Assembly (NCBI GenBank): GCA_030599585.1
Contig: JAUVNS010000002.1
Coordinates: forward strand, 1 to 64,000
DNA from: Promethearchaeota archaeon
GTDB taxonomy: Archaea; Asgardarchaeota; Lokiarchaeia; Sigyniarchaeales; SOKP01
DNA: 64,000 bases
Direction of reading: 5' to 3'
Within the stretch, counting starts at the first letter, position 1. Each line of letters opens with the position of its first letter. The position numbers were made by a program, and so were the translations under genes. The notes below the pieces were generated by a model that did not search any database, was not told where the DNA came from, and was given only the letters and a program-made list of their open reading frames with translations. Shown in pieces: positions 51,325-62,014 of the stretch.

Positions 51325-51837
51325 ATGGAACACGATAATCAGGCTAAATTTGACGAGAAGATTAAGGAGTTAGAAGAGAAACTGCCTAAAATGACCGTTG
51401 GCGTGAATTGTGCTGAATTGACATTGACGAGTATTTTAGATGTATTAGGCATCAATGACGGTATTATTAACAACCTTATGATTCCGCTAGCTGGTGGCTT
51501 TGGAGGATATAAATCTGAGAAGGGATGGCAAGGTGCTTGTGGTGCTGTATGTGGAGGGGTGGCAGCGTCAGGAGTAATTTTAGGCGGTAAAGAAAGGATG
51601 TCGAATGCTTCAATTCCAGTTGCGTATTTGAAAGGGGCAAAATTTGCCACAGATTTCGAAAAGGAGTTTGGGACAGTTGTATGTTCAGGGTTGTGTGGTT
51701 ACGATTTTAGCGATCCTGCGGCTTTTATGGAATACGAGAAAAATAACACTTGGGAAAAGACCTGTTCTAAGTATGTTATATGGGCAGTTGATCACACAAG
51801 AAAATTAATGCGTAAAGATTTAAGAAAAAAATGGTAA
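51325..51837 (+). CDS. C-GCAxxG-C-C family redox protein
   Basis: NCAE...GFGG...CGAVCGG...FGTVVC...C. Confidence 0.85.
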   Translation: MEHDNQAKFDEKIKELEEKLPKMTVGVNCAELTLTSILDVLGINDGIINNLMIPLAGGFGGYKSEKGWQGACGAVCGGVAASGVILGGKERMSNASIPVAYLKGAKFATDFEKEFGTVVCSGLCGYDFSDPAAFMEYEKNNTWEKTCSKYVIWAVDHTRKLMRKDLRKKW

Positions 51838-51955
51838 TCTTAAATTAGTTTTTTATTTTTTTATATATTTATTTAATTGAATTATTTTATTTCTACAAAT
51901 TCTTTTACTATTCTTTAAATATTTCAATCATAATAGGCTGGAAGGTGATAAATTA

Positions 51956-53218
51956 ATGAAAATGATTACTGGTGTGGACATTTTAGATAAAGAGATAAAG
52001 GAGAAGTTAAGGACAGAGAATATTTATAAGATTTTTAATAATTTTATATTTCCACTTATAACAGAGGAAGAACGGGAGTTTTTGGAGGAACTGGAGCAAT
52101 TTTTACTTAAGGAAATTGAGCCTAAAGTGAACTTAAATGAAGAAGTGTACGAACTTTTTCCTATCCTGGGTAAGAAAAACTACATCCAGAGATTAAATGC
52201 CTATGGAGATTCTGAAAGGTATAGCATGCGCTATGAAATGCTCTTAGCAATGGCAACATCAATTATTGATCCCGAGTTAGATCTAGCCCGTGTGGTTACA
52301 GGAGTAATATTTGCCAATCCTTTGTTTCAATTTGGTAGAGGAGATAGAATTTCTGAAATTTTGAATGAAATTATTACGGGGAAAAAGATAGGTTGTATTT
52401 GTATCACTGAGAAAAAGCACGGTTCTGATGCTGTGAATATGGAAACCAAGGTTATTGAAAAGGGAGATCATTTAACATTTACGGGAGAGAAATTATATAC
52501 GACGAATGGTCCAGTAGCTGATTATTTTATTGTGTATGGGGTCTCAGACGTCTCAGATCCACGAGGAACAATGTATCAAGCAGTTGCAGAAAGAGGATAT
52601 GAAGGATTGCAAACTAATAGACTTGGTATTCAATCAGTTCCGCGCGTACAAATAGGGCAAACTCTTTTTAATTCTGTGAAAATCCCTAGAGAAAATATTC
52701 TTGGAGGGAAGGGTCAAGGTTATAAGAATCTATTTTCTGGACTTGTCGCTGAAAGATGTTCTATTATTGGATCTAGTTTAGGTATTGCGTGGTTAACTGC
52801 GGTTACAGGTCTTATATACACAAATTTAAGAGTTCAATTTGGTCGCCCTTTATATGATTTTCAAGGTATTTCGCTTCCTCAAGCCCAGAATTTTACCGAA
52901 CTTATGGCAGCTACAGAACTTGGTTTTAAGTCAGCTTCGGAGTATAATAAAACAATTGAGCAAAAACATTTCGATCAACAAAAATTCATTAAATATAACG
53001 CCGCTTTTAGTTCCGGGACAAAATATCTTGCCTCACACTTAGCTCATAAAATATCGTATGAAACTCAACAATTATGTGGAGGTATTGCATTTACAGATAA
53101 CCTGCGAATTGATAAAGCATTAGAAGTTGCGAAAGTTCAGGAAATAATAGGGGGAGCTCGAAATATACAGCTCTATTTGGTTAGTAGAGGCATTAAAGAC
53201 ATGATATCTCTTTTATAA
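51956..53218 (+). CDS. Acyl-CoA dehydrogenase
   Basis: CITEKKHGSD, GEKLYTTNG, RVQFGRPL..FQ, QLCGG, IIGGARNIQ. Confidence 0.9.
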   Translation: MKMITGVDILDKEIKEKLRTENIYKIFNNFIFPLITEEEREFLEELEQFLLKEIEPKVNLNEEVYELFPILGKKNYIQRLNAYGDSERYSMRYEMLLAMATSIIDPELDLARVVTGVIFANPLFQFGRGDRISEILNEIITGKKIGCICITEKKHGSDAVNMETKVIEKGDHLTFTGEKLYTTNGPVADYFIVYGVSDVSDPRGTMYQAVAERGYEGLQTNRLGIQSVPRVQIGQTLFNSVKIPRENILGGKGQGYKNLFSGLVAERCSIIGSSLGIAWLTAVTGLIYTNLRVQFGRPLYDFQGISLPQAQNFTELMAATELGFKSASEYNKTIEQKHFDQQKFIKYNAAFSSGTKYLASHLAHKISYETQQLCGGIAFTDNLRIDKALEVAKVQEIIGGARNIQLYLVSRGIKDMISLL

Positions 53219-53287
53219 TTATACAAAAGAAAAAAAAGTGGTATAATTTAGGTAAATAAATCTGGAATTCGTATTTAGATTAACATT

Positions 53288-53587
53288 TTAACCTAGACCA
53301 ACCATACTCAAGGCGTCTTTCGCTTCTAAAACGGGATGGATCGTATATTTGTAGCCCACTATGTCCATATATCCAGAAAATCTTTTAGTGATTGCTTTTA
53401 AAGCGTCGAAGTATTTACTATCATCTTCAATCTTATAAATCGTGAAAAAAATATAATCACCCGCCGCAGAGTTAAATACATGCTCAGTTTTTATATAATC
53501 AGGTAATTTTTCAAGTTTTAGAAAGGTTTTTCCAACTTCCATTCCAACGTGAGCCGGGAAACTTCCTGTGATAACAATATAAGCCAT
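53288..53587 (-). CDS. Small hypothetical protein, paralog of 62883-63239
   Basis: FPAHVGMEVGKTFL matches FPPHKGEEVGKKFL; RBS GGAGGT upstream. Confidence 0.7.
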   Translation of the reverse strand: MAYIVITGSFPAHVGMEVGKTFLKLEKLPDYIKTEHVFNSAAGDYIFFTIYKIEDDSKYFDALKAITKRFSGYMDIVGYKYTIHPVLEAKDALSMVGLG

Positions 53588-53714
53588 TAGTATTACCTCC
53601 TTTTATTAATTAGCAGAAAAAGTTATGAATTAGATAATTTTAGGTAGATTTCGTTAAGTGTTTTAAGACACTTTTGTATAAAACTTTTATGATATTAAAT
53701 GTAATATTTTTGAA

Positions 53715-54335
53715 TTACTTAGCATAACGGAGGAGATACCACTGTTCGACATCAGTCTTGGGTATAGTTCCTTCTCTCACTACCTCAAATTCAAACCGTT
53801 TGTAGAATTTCACATTTATTTCAGTAGAAGTTTCAAGAAATACGGGTAGTGGATTTGTGTTATCGATTTTTTCAAGCATATATTCCATCAACAAGCTTCC
53901 ATATCCTTTCCCCTGATGTGTGGGTTCTACACCAAGCGTTTGCAAGTACCAGTGATCACCAGGAGCAAACTCCCGATGCACCACAGTACTATGTTCTTCA
54001 ATAGGTTTAATCCGCTTACCAGCTTCTCTTCCTAATTTGTAGAATTTTGCCTTTAGTAAACATCCGATGTCCATTATTAACTTATATTCTTTATTAATGT
54101 AAGGTAGCCATACAGCTACGCCTTCTAAATTGGAAGAGGTCGCGTGTGTCTCGCCGTATTTAACGCCCAAACAGCTTGTCATTTGAAAAACATATTTCAT
54201 CACAGCATGCCTTTTTTCTTTGTCAGGAATATCATAAACTGAAACAGGATCGTCCTGTAGAGCGCGACCCAAAACTTCACCTGCGTTTCTAACTTGAGTT
54301 TTGTCTAACGTTATAATATCTTCTTTTGATAACAT
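53715..54335 (-). CDS. GNAT N-acetyltransferase
   Basis: WYLQTLGVEPTHQGKGYGSLL; LETS..NVKFYKRFEF. Confidence 0.9.
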   Translation of the reverse strand: MLSKEDIITLDKTQVRNAGEVLGRALQDDPVSVYDIPDKEKRHAVMKYVFQMTSCLGVKYGETHATSSNLEGVAVWLPYINKEYKLIMDIGCLLKAKFYKLGREAGKRIKPIEEHSTVVHREFAPGDHWYLQTLGVEPTHQGKGYGSLLMEYMLEKIDNTNPLPVFLETSTEINVKFYKRFEFEVVREGTIPKTDVEQWYLLRYAK

Positions 54336-54483
54336 ATGAAAGAATTAAATTATTTCAATAAAAAGATATAATAGACCAATAAACGAAAAAAATGTTATCA
54401 AACTTATTTACCAGGAGCAGTTGTATTTTACTCTTGAATTATTAAAAAAAAAGTAATATTAAAGTTTAAAACTTGATTTTAAA

Positions 54484-55857
54484 CTATTTTAGTTTGTATT
54501 TCTGCTTCTTTATGAGCGAAATAGTTGATATCGTAGTGAGCGCTATGATAATAGGGAGGTAATATCCTGGGATAAAAGGATTCTGAGGAGGAAGAGGCGC
54601 AATGCATCCGAACATGTCGTAATATATATAGTTCTCGTTCTGTTGTTGTCTTATGCTCTGATTAAATTCACTATATACCCAAAAAACTTCATTAGGAAAT
54701 GACATGGTTCCGTATCCACCTACAATAATTCCGATTTCTTCGGACGCGTTGTAATGTTCAAGTTCCGTTTTTGGAATGCTCATTTCAAACATCCTATGAT
54801 CGGATGCGTTGTTTGCGCTTGGTCCAAAGCTCCATTCAATATTGTAGTTTGAAATCGATGAGTAAGGGCTCAACATAGCACCATTAAATGTATTGGTGTA
54901 ATTATATCTAATTGTAAACTCGAGGTATTCGAATTGAGTCATGAATGGTGCGCTATTATTACCGATGATGCTAAATTTCATTACATACTTTGACGACAAA
55001 TTTGCGGGTCCGTAATCGAAGGATTCTGCGAGAAGGCTTGTGCCCGTATTGATTGATCGAGTTTGTAGCGGATCGTTAGAATCCATAGTTCCATCGTTAT
55101 ACCAGAACACCAGTTTATGGTCTGAGATTGTTGTGTTCATCCGAGTTTTAAGCTCTAATTTCACTTCGTTTACTGCATCGGCGAAGAGTTCAGGAAAAAG
55201 TGGGAACCATTCTTTAATGTCTACGGAAAAATCCAGCTGAGTTAGGTGATCGCCTGCGCTTAACGATGATGTTATATTAAAATAGGGAACGGGTCCCCAA
55301 TCGAAATGAGCATAATTACCTTGAGTTGTTCCATAGATTGCATTGTATTCGCCATCATTATTAACATCGTAGCCTCCATATAATCCAGTGTATTGATTCC
55401 GGAAAAAAGGAAAAACATCATCGTTTTCGACATCGTGAAGTAATGATTCAGTCCCATTATTGAGGTAGGAAGCCCAACTTGTAACATCATCAAATGTCTT
55501 GTTATTCACATTCATCCAGACACCGACCCATTCGTCTGTTGTACCCCCCGTCTGATCACTACATAAATCAAGACCTACATAAAAATTAGTGACATCTTCA
55601 CCAAGATACATATAATTGAAGCCATCCTTGTCTGGTGGATTAAATGTATCGTCGATATTCAGGTAAAACTTAACTTTCCAATCACGATCTGACCACTCTG
55701 CTTCGTTAATAACTCCGTCCACAACGATATCCTCCATAGGCGCTGAACCGCTACTTTTAGGCACTTGTGCTGAAAGGTTAACTGAAAACATACTAAGGCT
55801 CGACAAAAATGTTAAAGAGAACAACAATAATAAGGTTTTAAATTTTTGATTTACCAT
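54484..55857 (-). CDS. Secreted surface protein (DOMON/CBM9-like) with Loki-CTERM-like anchor
   Basis: Signal peptide, VVDGVINEAEW, FEMSIP, C-terminal IPGY + TM helix + KKQK. Confidence 0.7.
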   Translation of the reverse strand: MVNQKFKTLLLLFSLTFLSSLSMFSVNLSAQVPKSSGSAPMEDIVVDGVINEAEWSDRDWKVKFYLNIDDTFNPPDKDGFNYMYLGEDVTNFYVGLDLCSDQTGGTTDEWVGVWMNVNNKTFDDVTSWASYLNNGTESLLHDVENDDVFPFFRNQYTGLYGGYDVNNDGEYNAIYGTTQGNYAHFDWGPVPYFNITSSLSAGDHLTQLDFSVDIKEWFPLFPELFADAVNEVKLELKTRMNTTISDHKLVFWYNDGTMDSNDPLQTRSINTGTSLLAESFDYGPANLSSKYVMKFSIIGNNSAPFMTQFEYLEFTIRYNYTNTFNGAMLSPYSSISNYNIEWSFGPSANNASDHRMFEMSIPKTELEHYNASEEIGIIVGGYGTMSFPNEVFWVYSEFNQSIRQQQNENYIYYDMFGCIAPLPPQNPFIPGYYLPIIIALTTISTISLIKKQKYKLK

Positions 55858-56064
55858 GATCTTTTCATTTTTAATTTTAAAATTAGTTTAAAGATAATAT
55901 TCAAACTGCCTATATAAATTTGCTGATGGTTTGCTTGAAAATTGTTCGCTTGTCCCTTTTAGTTATTTTAATTAATACTCTAGAATTGACAAGAAAAAAA
56001 TTTAGACCCACGAATATCCCCTTAAGTATTAACAAGTGATTCTACGGAAATCCGAAATGTATTT

Positions 56065-56802
56065 ATGACTGGAATTATTTATGTACATGTAATAATGAAG
56101 ACAGAAACAGAAAAAGACGACCAAGAGTCGTGCCAATCCACTATAAATCCCAGCGAGTGGAAGGGAAGAACGATAGAAATTGACGACGCTGGGACGGGTG
56201 ATCTCGTCGGAGATGCCTTTATTGGCTTTCGAGACACGAACACGGGAAAAATAATTTTTCAATCGGTTCCAGTTATCCTCTATAACAAGGAGAACAAGGA
56301 AGAGGATCGACCGAAGAAACATATTCTAAAGATAGTTATCAAAGCTCTTAGAGCGCTTAATCACAGCAAGGGAGATAGAATACTCCTATGCCGGGGTAAT
56401 TGTTTTGATCTTGTTAGAGAATATTTTGACGAGAATAAAATATACTACGAAGCGGCAATTGTCGAAGGAGAACTCCAAGACGCTGTGGAGGGTAGATTTA
56501 TTCAACACCTCAGAACATTAGGAATGGGCTCAAAGAACCTTACGAATGACTCAGGTATCAAGAGATATTTTATCTCGTTTAACTGGGTATGTCAAGACTT
56601 CCCAAATCGGGAGCGCTACGTTAAGACGGGCTTCCCATCATGGAAAAGGAAGTGGCGTAATATAGCTATTGAGCGCTACCAAAATTCTAGGAGAGGTAAG
56701 GCTCAAAGAAGAGAGTTAATCGAGCGAAGAGCGAACGAAATCTATAACGTTATGCTTGAGAAACCTATTTCTATAAGAAAGGCAGTCTCTGAGAGTAGAT
56801 GA
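56065..56802 (+). CDS. RNase H-fold (RNase HII-like) hypothetical protein
   Basis: IEIDDAGTGDLVG resembles the RNase HII GxDEAGxG motif. The start may be the ATG at 56095. Confidence 0.5.
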   Translation: MTGIIYVHVIMKTETEKDDQESCQSTINPSEWKGRTIEIDDAGTGDLVGDAFIGFRDTNTGKIIFQSVPVILYNKENKEEDRPKKHILKIVIKALRALNHSKGDRILLCRGNCFDLVREYFDENKIYYEAAIVEGELQDAVEGRFIQHLRTLGMGSKNLTNDSGIKRYFISFNWVCQDFPNRERYVKTGFPSWKRKWRNIAIERYQNSRRGKAQRRELIERRANEIYNVMLEKPISIRKAVSESR

Positions 56803-57027
56803 AACCCTTAGTATTTAGAGAATAGAACCTAATTATTGTTAAAAAAGCAGTTTCTTATACTTTAAATGCAAAAACATCACCCTTCTATCTTTTTATAAAA
56901 GATTTATTTAAATAAAACCAATGTGTAAAGATAGAATTAATACGCTTTCTAATGGTGTTTTTAAATTAACATAATAAATAAAAGAATTGTATCTTTACGA
57001 CCTAATTTTTTATGGAGGTAATTAACC

Positions 57028-57546
57028 TTGGGTAAGGGTAGTACAGTTTTAGGTGTAATAGCATTAATTTTGGGAGCAAGTGGTTTAGGATTAGGAGGTT
57101 TAGCGTGGATATCTGTATCAAGAGTAGAAACTCAAGTAGCCAGCTTTTCTGAACAAAATACATGGTATAAATACAACGAGACAGTATTTAGCTGTGATCC
57201 AATACAAACATATTTAACATTTACTGGTTTAACGATTGAATTTGAACTAGGACCAAACGAATCGGCATATTTTAGTTTTACAAGTCGGGGACACACGGAG
57301 CAAAATCTAGGAGCGTGGTCCCGGATTTTAATTCTTTTTAAAGTAGATGGAATTAGTAGACTTGATCCGAGTGCTGAGGTGGGAGCTTATAATGTAGGTT
57401 TTGTCATGCATTCTATGATTCATTTACAAGATGTTAGGGATGATTTATCACCCGGCGTACACACAGTTACTGTAGTTATTAGAGGGGATCCAGCAGCAAA
57501 TTATGTTTGGAAGAGTTCATTATTCGTCCAAAAGTTTCCTATGTAA
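57028..57546 (+). CDS. N-terminally membrane-anchored beta-sandwich protein
   Basis: TM helix ALILGASGLGLG; RBS GGAGGT; beta-rich domain. Confidence 0.65.
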   Translation: MGKGSTVLGVIALILGASGLGLGGLAWISVSRVETQVASFSEQNTWYKYNETVFSCDPIQTYLTFTGLTIEFELGPNESAYFSFTSRGHTEQNLGAWSRILILFKVDGISRLDPSAEVGAYNVGFVMHSMIHLQDVRDDLSPGVHTVTVVIRGDPAANYVWKSSLFVQKFPM

Positions 57547-57560
57547 TTTAAAAAAATTGG

Positions 57561-57574
57561 TTTTTTTTTTTTTT
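57561..57574 (+). terminator. Poly-T archaeal terminator-like tract
   Basis: T14 run 14 bp after the stop at 57546. Confidence 0.45.
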
Positions 57575-57581
57575 GAAATCA

Positions 57582-57604
57582 AAGTGGACAATAAAGTATA
57601 TTAA
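57582..57604 (+). promoter_or_regulatory. Duplicated BRE/TATA-like promoter AAGTGGACAATAAAGTATATTAA (copy 1)
   Basis: 23/23 identical to 58259-58281; both lie ~85 bp upstream of paralogous genes. Confidence 0.65.
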
Positions 57605-57687
57605 CGCCGATGAAGAAATACATATCACATAATCAGTATTTAGTTTAGAATTTGAGTAAATCAATATAAGAAAACATGAGTTGAGAA

Positions 57688-58239
57688 TTGATGGGAAAAC
57701 GAAAAGTTTCAATATTTAGTATTTTAGCGCTTATTGTAGGGCTTTCTGGGCTTGGACTAGGAGTGTATTCGCTATATAATTACCAACAGCTTGTTAATCA
57801 AGTAGAGCCCCCAAGACCTTTAGCAAGAGCATACCTAAATTTTGGATACATGTTCTCGAGCGGGAGCTATAATCTCGTGAATTTTGATGTTTTAGATTAC
57901 GACGAGACAGGTGACTTTAATTTAATGACAGACAGGTTTATTTGTCCGATTTCGGGATATTACCTCATTTCAGGAATGGTTACATTTGGTGGTATGCAAG
58001 ATGGAGAGGCGATATTTGCGGCAGCGTTTATAGAGGGCGTCTTAAAAGCGTGGATTATAGCACGCGCGGCTCATTCAACCATTTTATCAACGAGTTTTAC
58101 AGATATCGTATATTTAAACGAGGGAGATTATGTTGAGCTGCGGGCGTATCATACTGGGAGTGGTCCAAGAGAGATTTTTGGAGATTCACAAGGCATATAC
58201 ACGTACCTTACGATCGCAGCTACAGATATTCTAAATTAA
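57688..58239 (+). CDS. Membrane-anchored C1q/TNF-like domain protein, copy 1
   Basis: TM helix, then VNFD...GDFN..TDRFICPISGYYLISG...LNEGDYVEL. Confidence 0.75.
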   Translation: MMGKRKVSIFSILALIVGLSGLGLGVYSLYNYQQLVNQVEPPRPLARAYLNFGYMFSSGSYNLVNFDVLDYDETGDFNLMTDRFICPISGYYLISGMVTFGGMQDGEAIFAAAFIEGVLKAWIIARAAHSTILSTSFTDIVYLNEGDYVELRAYHTGSGPREIFGDSQGIYTYLTIAATDILN

Positions 58240-58258
58240 TAATACTTTTTTTTTATTT

Positions 58259-58281
58259 AAGTGGACAATAAAGTATATTAA
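58259..58281 (+). promoter_or_regulatory. Duplicated BRE/TATA-like promoter (copy 2)
   Basis: Identical to 57582-57604. Confidence 0.65.
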
Positions 58282-58366
58282 TCCCGGAGTGGAAATACTT
58301 ACCATATTAATTAGCTTATATTTTAAAATTAAGAAAATCAAATAAGAAAAAGCGAGTTGAGAAAAG

Positions 58367-58903
58367 ATGGGAAAGAAAAAGGTTTCAATTTTTAGCGTTT
58401 TAGTATTTATTGTAGCGCTTTTGGGGCTTGGAGTCGGAGCGTATTCATTATATAATTACCAGCAGCTGGTTAGCCAGGTAGAACATCCTAAGTCCTTGGC
58501 GAGAGCATTTTTAGAAAACAGTTATTCAACCCTGGATGAAGAATGGTTTAAAGTTGATTTTGATGTGCTAGATTACGATGTGAGTAGTGATTTTAATATT
58601 ACAACTGATAGGTTTACCTGTCCGACTTCGGGGTATTACCTTATTTCAGGAATGGTTACATTTAGTTCTATGCAAGATGGAGAGAGAATCGAAGTGGGAG
58701 CGTTAAGCGAATTTTTTTTTGAAGCGGGAAGTGTAGCTCATGCATCTCATACAAACATTCTATCAGCTGGTTTTACAGATATCGTATTTTTAAACGCAGG
58801 AGATTATCTTGAGTTTGTAGCATATTATACTGGGGCTGCGTCGATTTACGGAGACTCTTCAGGTAAATACACGTACTTTACAATCGCAGCTATGGATTTT
58901 TAA
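58367..58903 (+). CDS. Membrane-anchored C1q/TNF-like domain protein, copy 2
   Basis: Tandem paralog: FTCPTSGYYLISG...LNAGDYLEF. Confidence 0.75.
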   Translation: MGKKKVSIFSVLVFIVALLGLGVGAYSLYNYQQLVSQVEHPKSLARAFLENSYSTLDEEWFKVDFDVLDYDVSSDFNITTDRFTCPTSGYYLISGMVTFSSMQDGERIEVGALSEFFFEAGSVAHASHTNILSAGFTDIVFLNAGDYLEFVAYYTGAASIYGDSSGKYTYFTIAAMDF

Positions 58904-58965
58904 ATTAATAACTATTTTTTTTTTAATTTCGTACGTGTGGAAAAGCCCATTATCAGAATATTCAT

Positions 58966-60189
58966 TTAGTTCTTAACTAGGTAAAATATAAAAGCTGAGA
59001 TTAAAAGGACGATGCTAACCATTAGGAACACACCTCCAAAAGAAAAAAAGATTAGGATATATCCACTTAGGATGGGGCCGATAGTTTGTCCTATGTCCAT
59101 AATGGTACTCAAAGTTCCGATTGCGGTACCATAATCTTCTTTTTTAGAAATATCTGATACATAAGCGGCGGTAGAAGAGATTACCATGGCCATACCGATT
59201 CCAAAAGCGCACAATATCAAAATTACTCCGATATAATTGGTCGTAATTGGAATTATCCACGATACTCCTCCACCTAGTAAGAGTCCTACGAGAATAGTTA
59301 AACGACGACCAACTTTATCTGATAAAAATCCCATTAGGGGTTTGAACACAACAAGCATTAAAGTTAAGATTGCAGGAATTAAACCAATCAACCAGGTGTC
59401 GAAATTAAGCGAGTTGGCATATATTATTATATAGGCTTCAATAATCCCGAAGGCAAAATATTGGCTAGCTTGAACAATGGAGGTTGATAGTATGATCTTA
59501 TGGGTTAAAACTTCTTTAATTCCTTTCGCGAATTCTTTTATTGTTAGTGAGGGTTTTTCCGTTACTTGTTCGAATTTAATATTGGTGGTTCGATTTCGAT
59601 AAAAGAACACCGTAATCGTAAGAGCGATAGCGCCTGAAATCGCACATCCAATGTAGACGCCATAATAATAATTAGTGGTTATAAATAGAATTGTCCCTCC
59701 AGTTATAGGTGCCAGGAAGCGTCCGATGAGAGTAATTGAAGAAAACGACGAAATATATTTACCTTTATTATCAGGATACGATTCAGCAATAGCAGCCATT
59801 GCAACGGGAACGAAAATTGCGGTTGAAAAGCCGTGATAGAAACGAATAATCATCAAAATCCAAATGTTTATCGCAAAAAGATAAAAAAAGGGAGCGGTCG
59901 CAAAGATTATGGTCGAAACGAGAATTAGTTTTCTTCGGCCGTACATGTCTGATAATCGTCCAGCGATCATGCTAACTAAAATTCCTGGAACGGTGGAGGC
60001 CGCAATAACGTAACCAATAAATCGCATTTCGAATTCCGAAGTAATTAAAGATTCTGCGAAGAGGGGTAAAATTGGACTTTTGGACATTGTAGAACTAAAC
60101 AACGCAAAAAATCCGATAAAGCTGATAACAAAAAAAGAAATTATTTTAAGGTTTTTGACACCTTTTTTATCTTCTATTTCGTTGGTCAT
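58966..60189 (-). CDS. MFS transporter
   Basis: About 12 TM helices; motif A GRLSDMYGRR and GFLSDKVGRR. Confidence 0.9.
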   Translation of the reverse strand: MTNEIEDKKGVKNLKIISFFVISFIGFFALFSSTMSKSPILPLFAESLITSEFEMRFIGYVIAASTVPGILVSMIAGRLSDMYGRRKLILVSTIIFATAPFFYLFAINIWILMIIRFYHGFSTAIFVPVAMAAIAESYPDNKGKYISSFSSITLIGRFLAPITGGTILFITTNYYYGVYIGCAISGAIALTITVFFYRNRTTNIKFEQVTEKPSLTIKEFAKGIKEVLTHKIILSTSIVQASQYFAFGIIEAYIIIYANSLNFDTWLIGLIPAILTLMLVVFKPLMGFLSDKVGRRLTILVGLLLGGGVSWIIPITTNYIGVILILCAFGIGMAMVISSTAAYVSDISKKEDYGTAIGTLSTIMDIGQTIGPILSGYILIFFSFGGVFLMVSIVLLISAFIFYLVKN

Positions 60190-60719
60190 AGAGACTCATT
60201 GAGTTTTTGTTTAATGAACGCATGCCTTTCTGGTCGTGTTTTGATGTTCGCTATTTCGTCCTTATATTTTTCACGGATTATTTGTTGTTTAAAGTACGTG
60301 TATACGGCGTCGTAAACCGGAAATTCCTTTTCCAATGCTTCGTGATCTGAATCTACTAAAAATGGAGTTCCAACTGCCACAAGTTCTAACGCCCACGCCA
60401 AAGGTTCCTTGTCTATTCCTCCCGTATCTGCGGCTCTCACAAGTTTTCTAACTCTTTGCAGAGCTTCATCACTTTCGAGCTCATATTTTTCCACGATGGC
60501 GTCAAACGTGCAATGTTTCTCACCGTTGCATATGTGGTGATCGAGTTCTACTCCCGTGCCAGCAGTATCAAATGGAATTGCTCCAGTATTCGCTACAAAA
60601 TCGGGTATTTCGTCTCTCGGTAGGAAAACGAATTGAGCGCGCTTGTCAACGAATCTTTTGATTAACCAAGGGCTAGCTACTCTATCAATATGTACATAAT
60701 CTCGGGTTACCCATAACAT
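60186..60719 (-). CDS. ChrB-domain (chromate resistance) protein
   Basis: WVTR...HIDRVASPWLIKRFVD..A.F; PFD; CTFD. Confidence 0.8.
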   Translation of the reverse strand: MLWVTRDYVHIDRVASPWLIKRFVDKRAQFVFLPRDEIPDFVANTGAIPFDTAGTGVELDHHICNGEKHCTFDAIVEKYELESDEALQRVRKLVRAADTGGIDKEPLAWALELVAVGTPFLVDSDHEALEKEFPVYDAVYTYFKQQIIREKYKDEIANIKTRPERHAFIKQKLNESL

Positions 60720-60785
60720 TTTTTTCTCACTTTTTAATTGATTTTGCTTCTGTATCTATTCAATTATTCAATTTATTTAAAATTT

Positions 60786-61283
60786 TTATTCTGGCAATTT
60801 AGTTCCGCATTCTTGACAAAAAGTATTATTTCGGTTATTTTTTTTTCCACAACTTGGGCAATAAATGATAGGTTCTTGCACTCCTGCTTGAGGTGGCATG
60901 TTTTGTATTTCGTCAAACATTTTTATATAGTTTGGAGCGATGGTCCGTTCGAGTTTCATAGGGTTAGTTCCCAATTCAAGAGCCCATCGCTTGATAACGC
61001 CTTGTGGTTTCAGCCATTGCATTCCATACCCAAAAGATAGTGCTACTTCAACGCTCACGTAAGTCGTCGCATTATCAGGATTATACCCAATCTTCATGGT
61101 ATAAGTTTCTCCGTACGACATCATAGATATATCACGCTGGATAATTAGGGTATATATTAACGAATTTGGAGATTTTATTTGGCTGTTAATTTTTCCGCTA
61201 TTATTTGCCCAGAATGAATGTGTTCTATTGAGAACTTCTTCTAAAGACATTTCCAGGGAGTAATAACCAAATTTATGACCCAT
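60786..61283 (-). CDS. Zinc-ribbon domain protein
   Basis: C-terminal YCPSCG...FCQECGTKL. Confidence 0.75.
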   Translation of the reverse strand: MGHKFGYYSLEMSLEEVLNRTHSFWANNSGKINSQIKSPNSLIYTLIIQRDISMMSYGETYTMKIGYNPDNATTYVSVEVALSFGYGMQWLKPQGVIKRWALELGTNPMKLERTIAPNYIKMFDEIQNMPPQAGVQEPIIYCPSCGKKNNRNNTFCQECGTKLPE

Positions 61284-61460
61284 TTAGACTCCACTCTTTT
61301 TTTCATGAAAAGTAGTTAATTGAATCTGTAGTATTATTTAAAATCGTCTTTTATTTGAATTTTATAATTCATTAATTCTGGTGGTCTTATTATTATAAAT
61401 CTATTATCAGAAGTATAACTATTCAATAATCTATAATGAAGAGCTTTATACGGGTAAGTT

Positions 61461-61961
61461 ATGTATCTTCTAATTAGACAAATAATTATAATAGAGATGA
61501 ATAAAATGTTTAAAAAAATATTGTTAGGTATTGATATTTCTGAAAATTCGATGAAAGCTGTTGATAAAGTAATTGAGATACAGAAAGAAACTAACTCTGA
61601 AGTTGTATTATTCCACTCGTTTTTGCACCACATTTCAGAACTAAGACCCACTTTTGGGATGAGTTCTGTACCTGATACATCTTTGAGTTATGAGATTCAT
61701 AACGACATAGTTAAAGAGGGAACTAAACTTTTAGACGATATTAGGAAAAAATTCGAGAGTAAAGGATTAAAAGTCGAAACCAGAAGGATTTTTGACTTTG
61801 GACCGGAGTATTACATTGAAGAAAGGGTAAAAGAAGAAGGTTTTGATCTCGTTGTATTAGGATGTGGAGGGAAACATTCAAAACTAAGACGCACATTTAT
61901 CGGAACGGTCCCGGAGTATGTTATTAATCATGTGGACGTGGATGTTTTAATCGCTAAATAA
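61461..61961 (+). CDS. Universal stress protein
   Basis: MFKKILLGIDISENS; DLVVLG..G...IGTV..YVINHVDVDVLI. The true start is likely 61497 or 61506. Confidence 0.9.
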   Translation: MYLLIRQIIIIEMNKMFKKILLGIDISENSMKAVDKVIEIQKETNSEVVLFHSFLHHISELRPTFGMSSVPDTSLSYEIHNDIVKEGTKLLDDIRKKFESKGLKVETRRIFDFGPEYYIEERVKEEGFDLVVLGCGGKHSKLRRTFIGTVPEYVINHVDVDVLIAK

Positions 61962-62014
61962 TATTTTTATTTTTCAATTTTTTATTTTAATGAATTAGAA
62001 TATAACTAAATGAG

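Noticed and set aside
60829-60840. TTTCGGTTATTT resembling site D
   Set aside because: Lies inside a CDS and lacks the CACG arm; likely chance. Isolated TTTCACG/CGTGAAA hits elsewhere lack the core.
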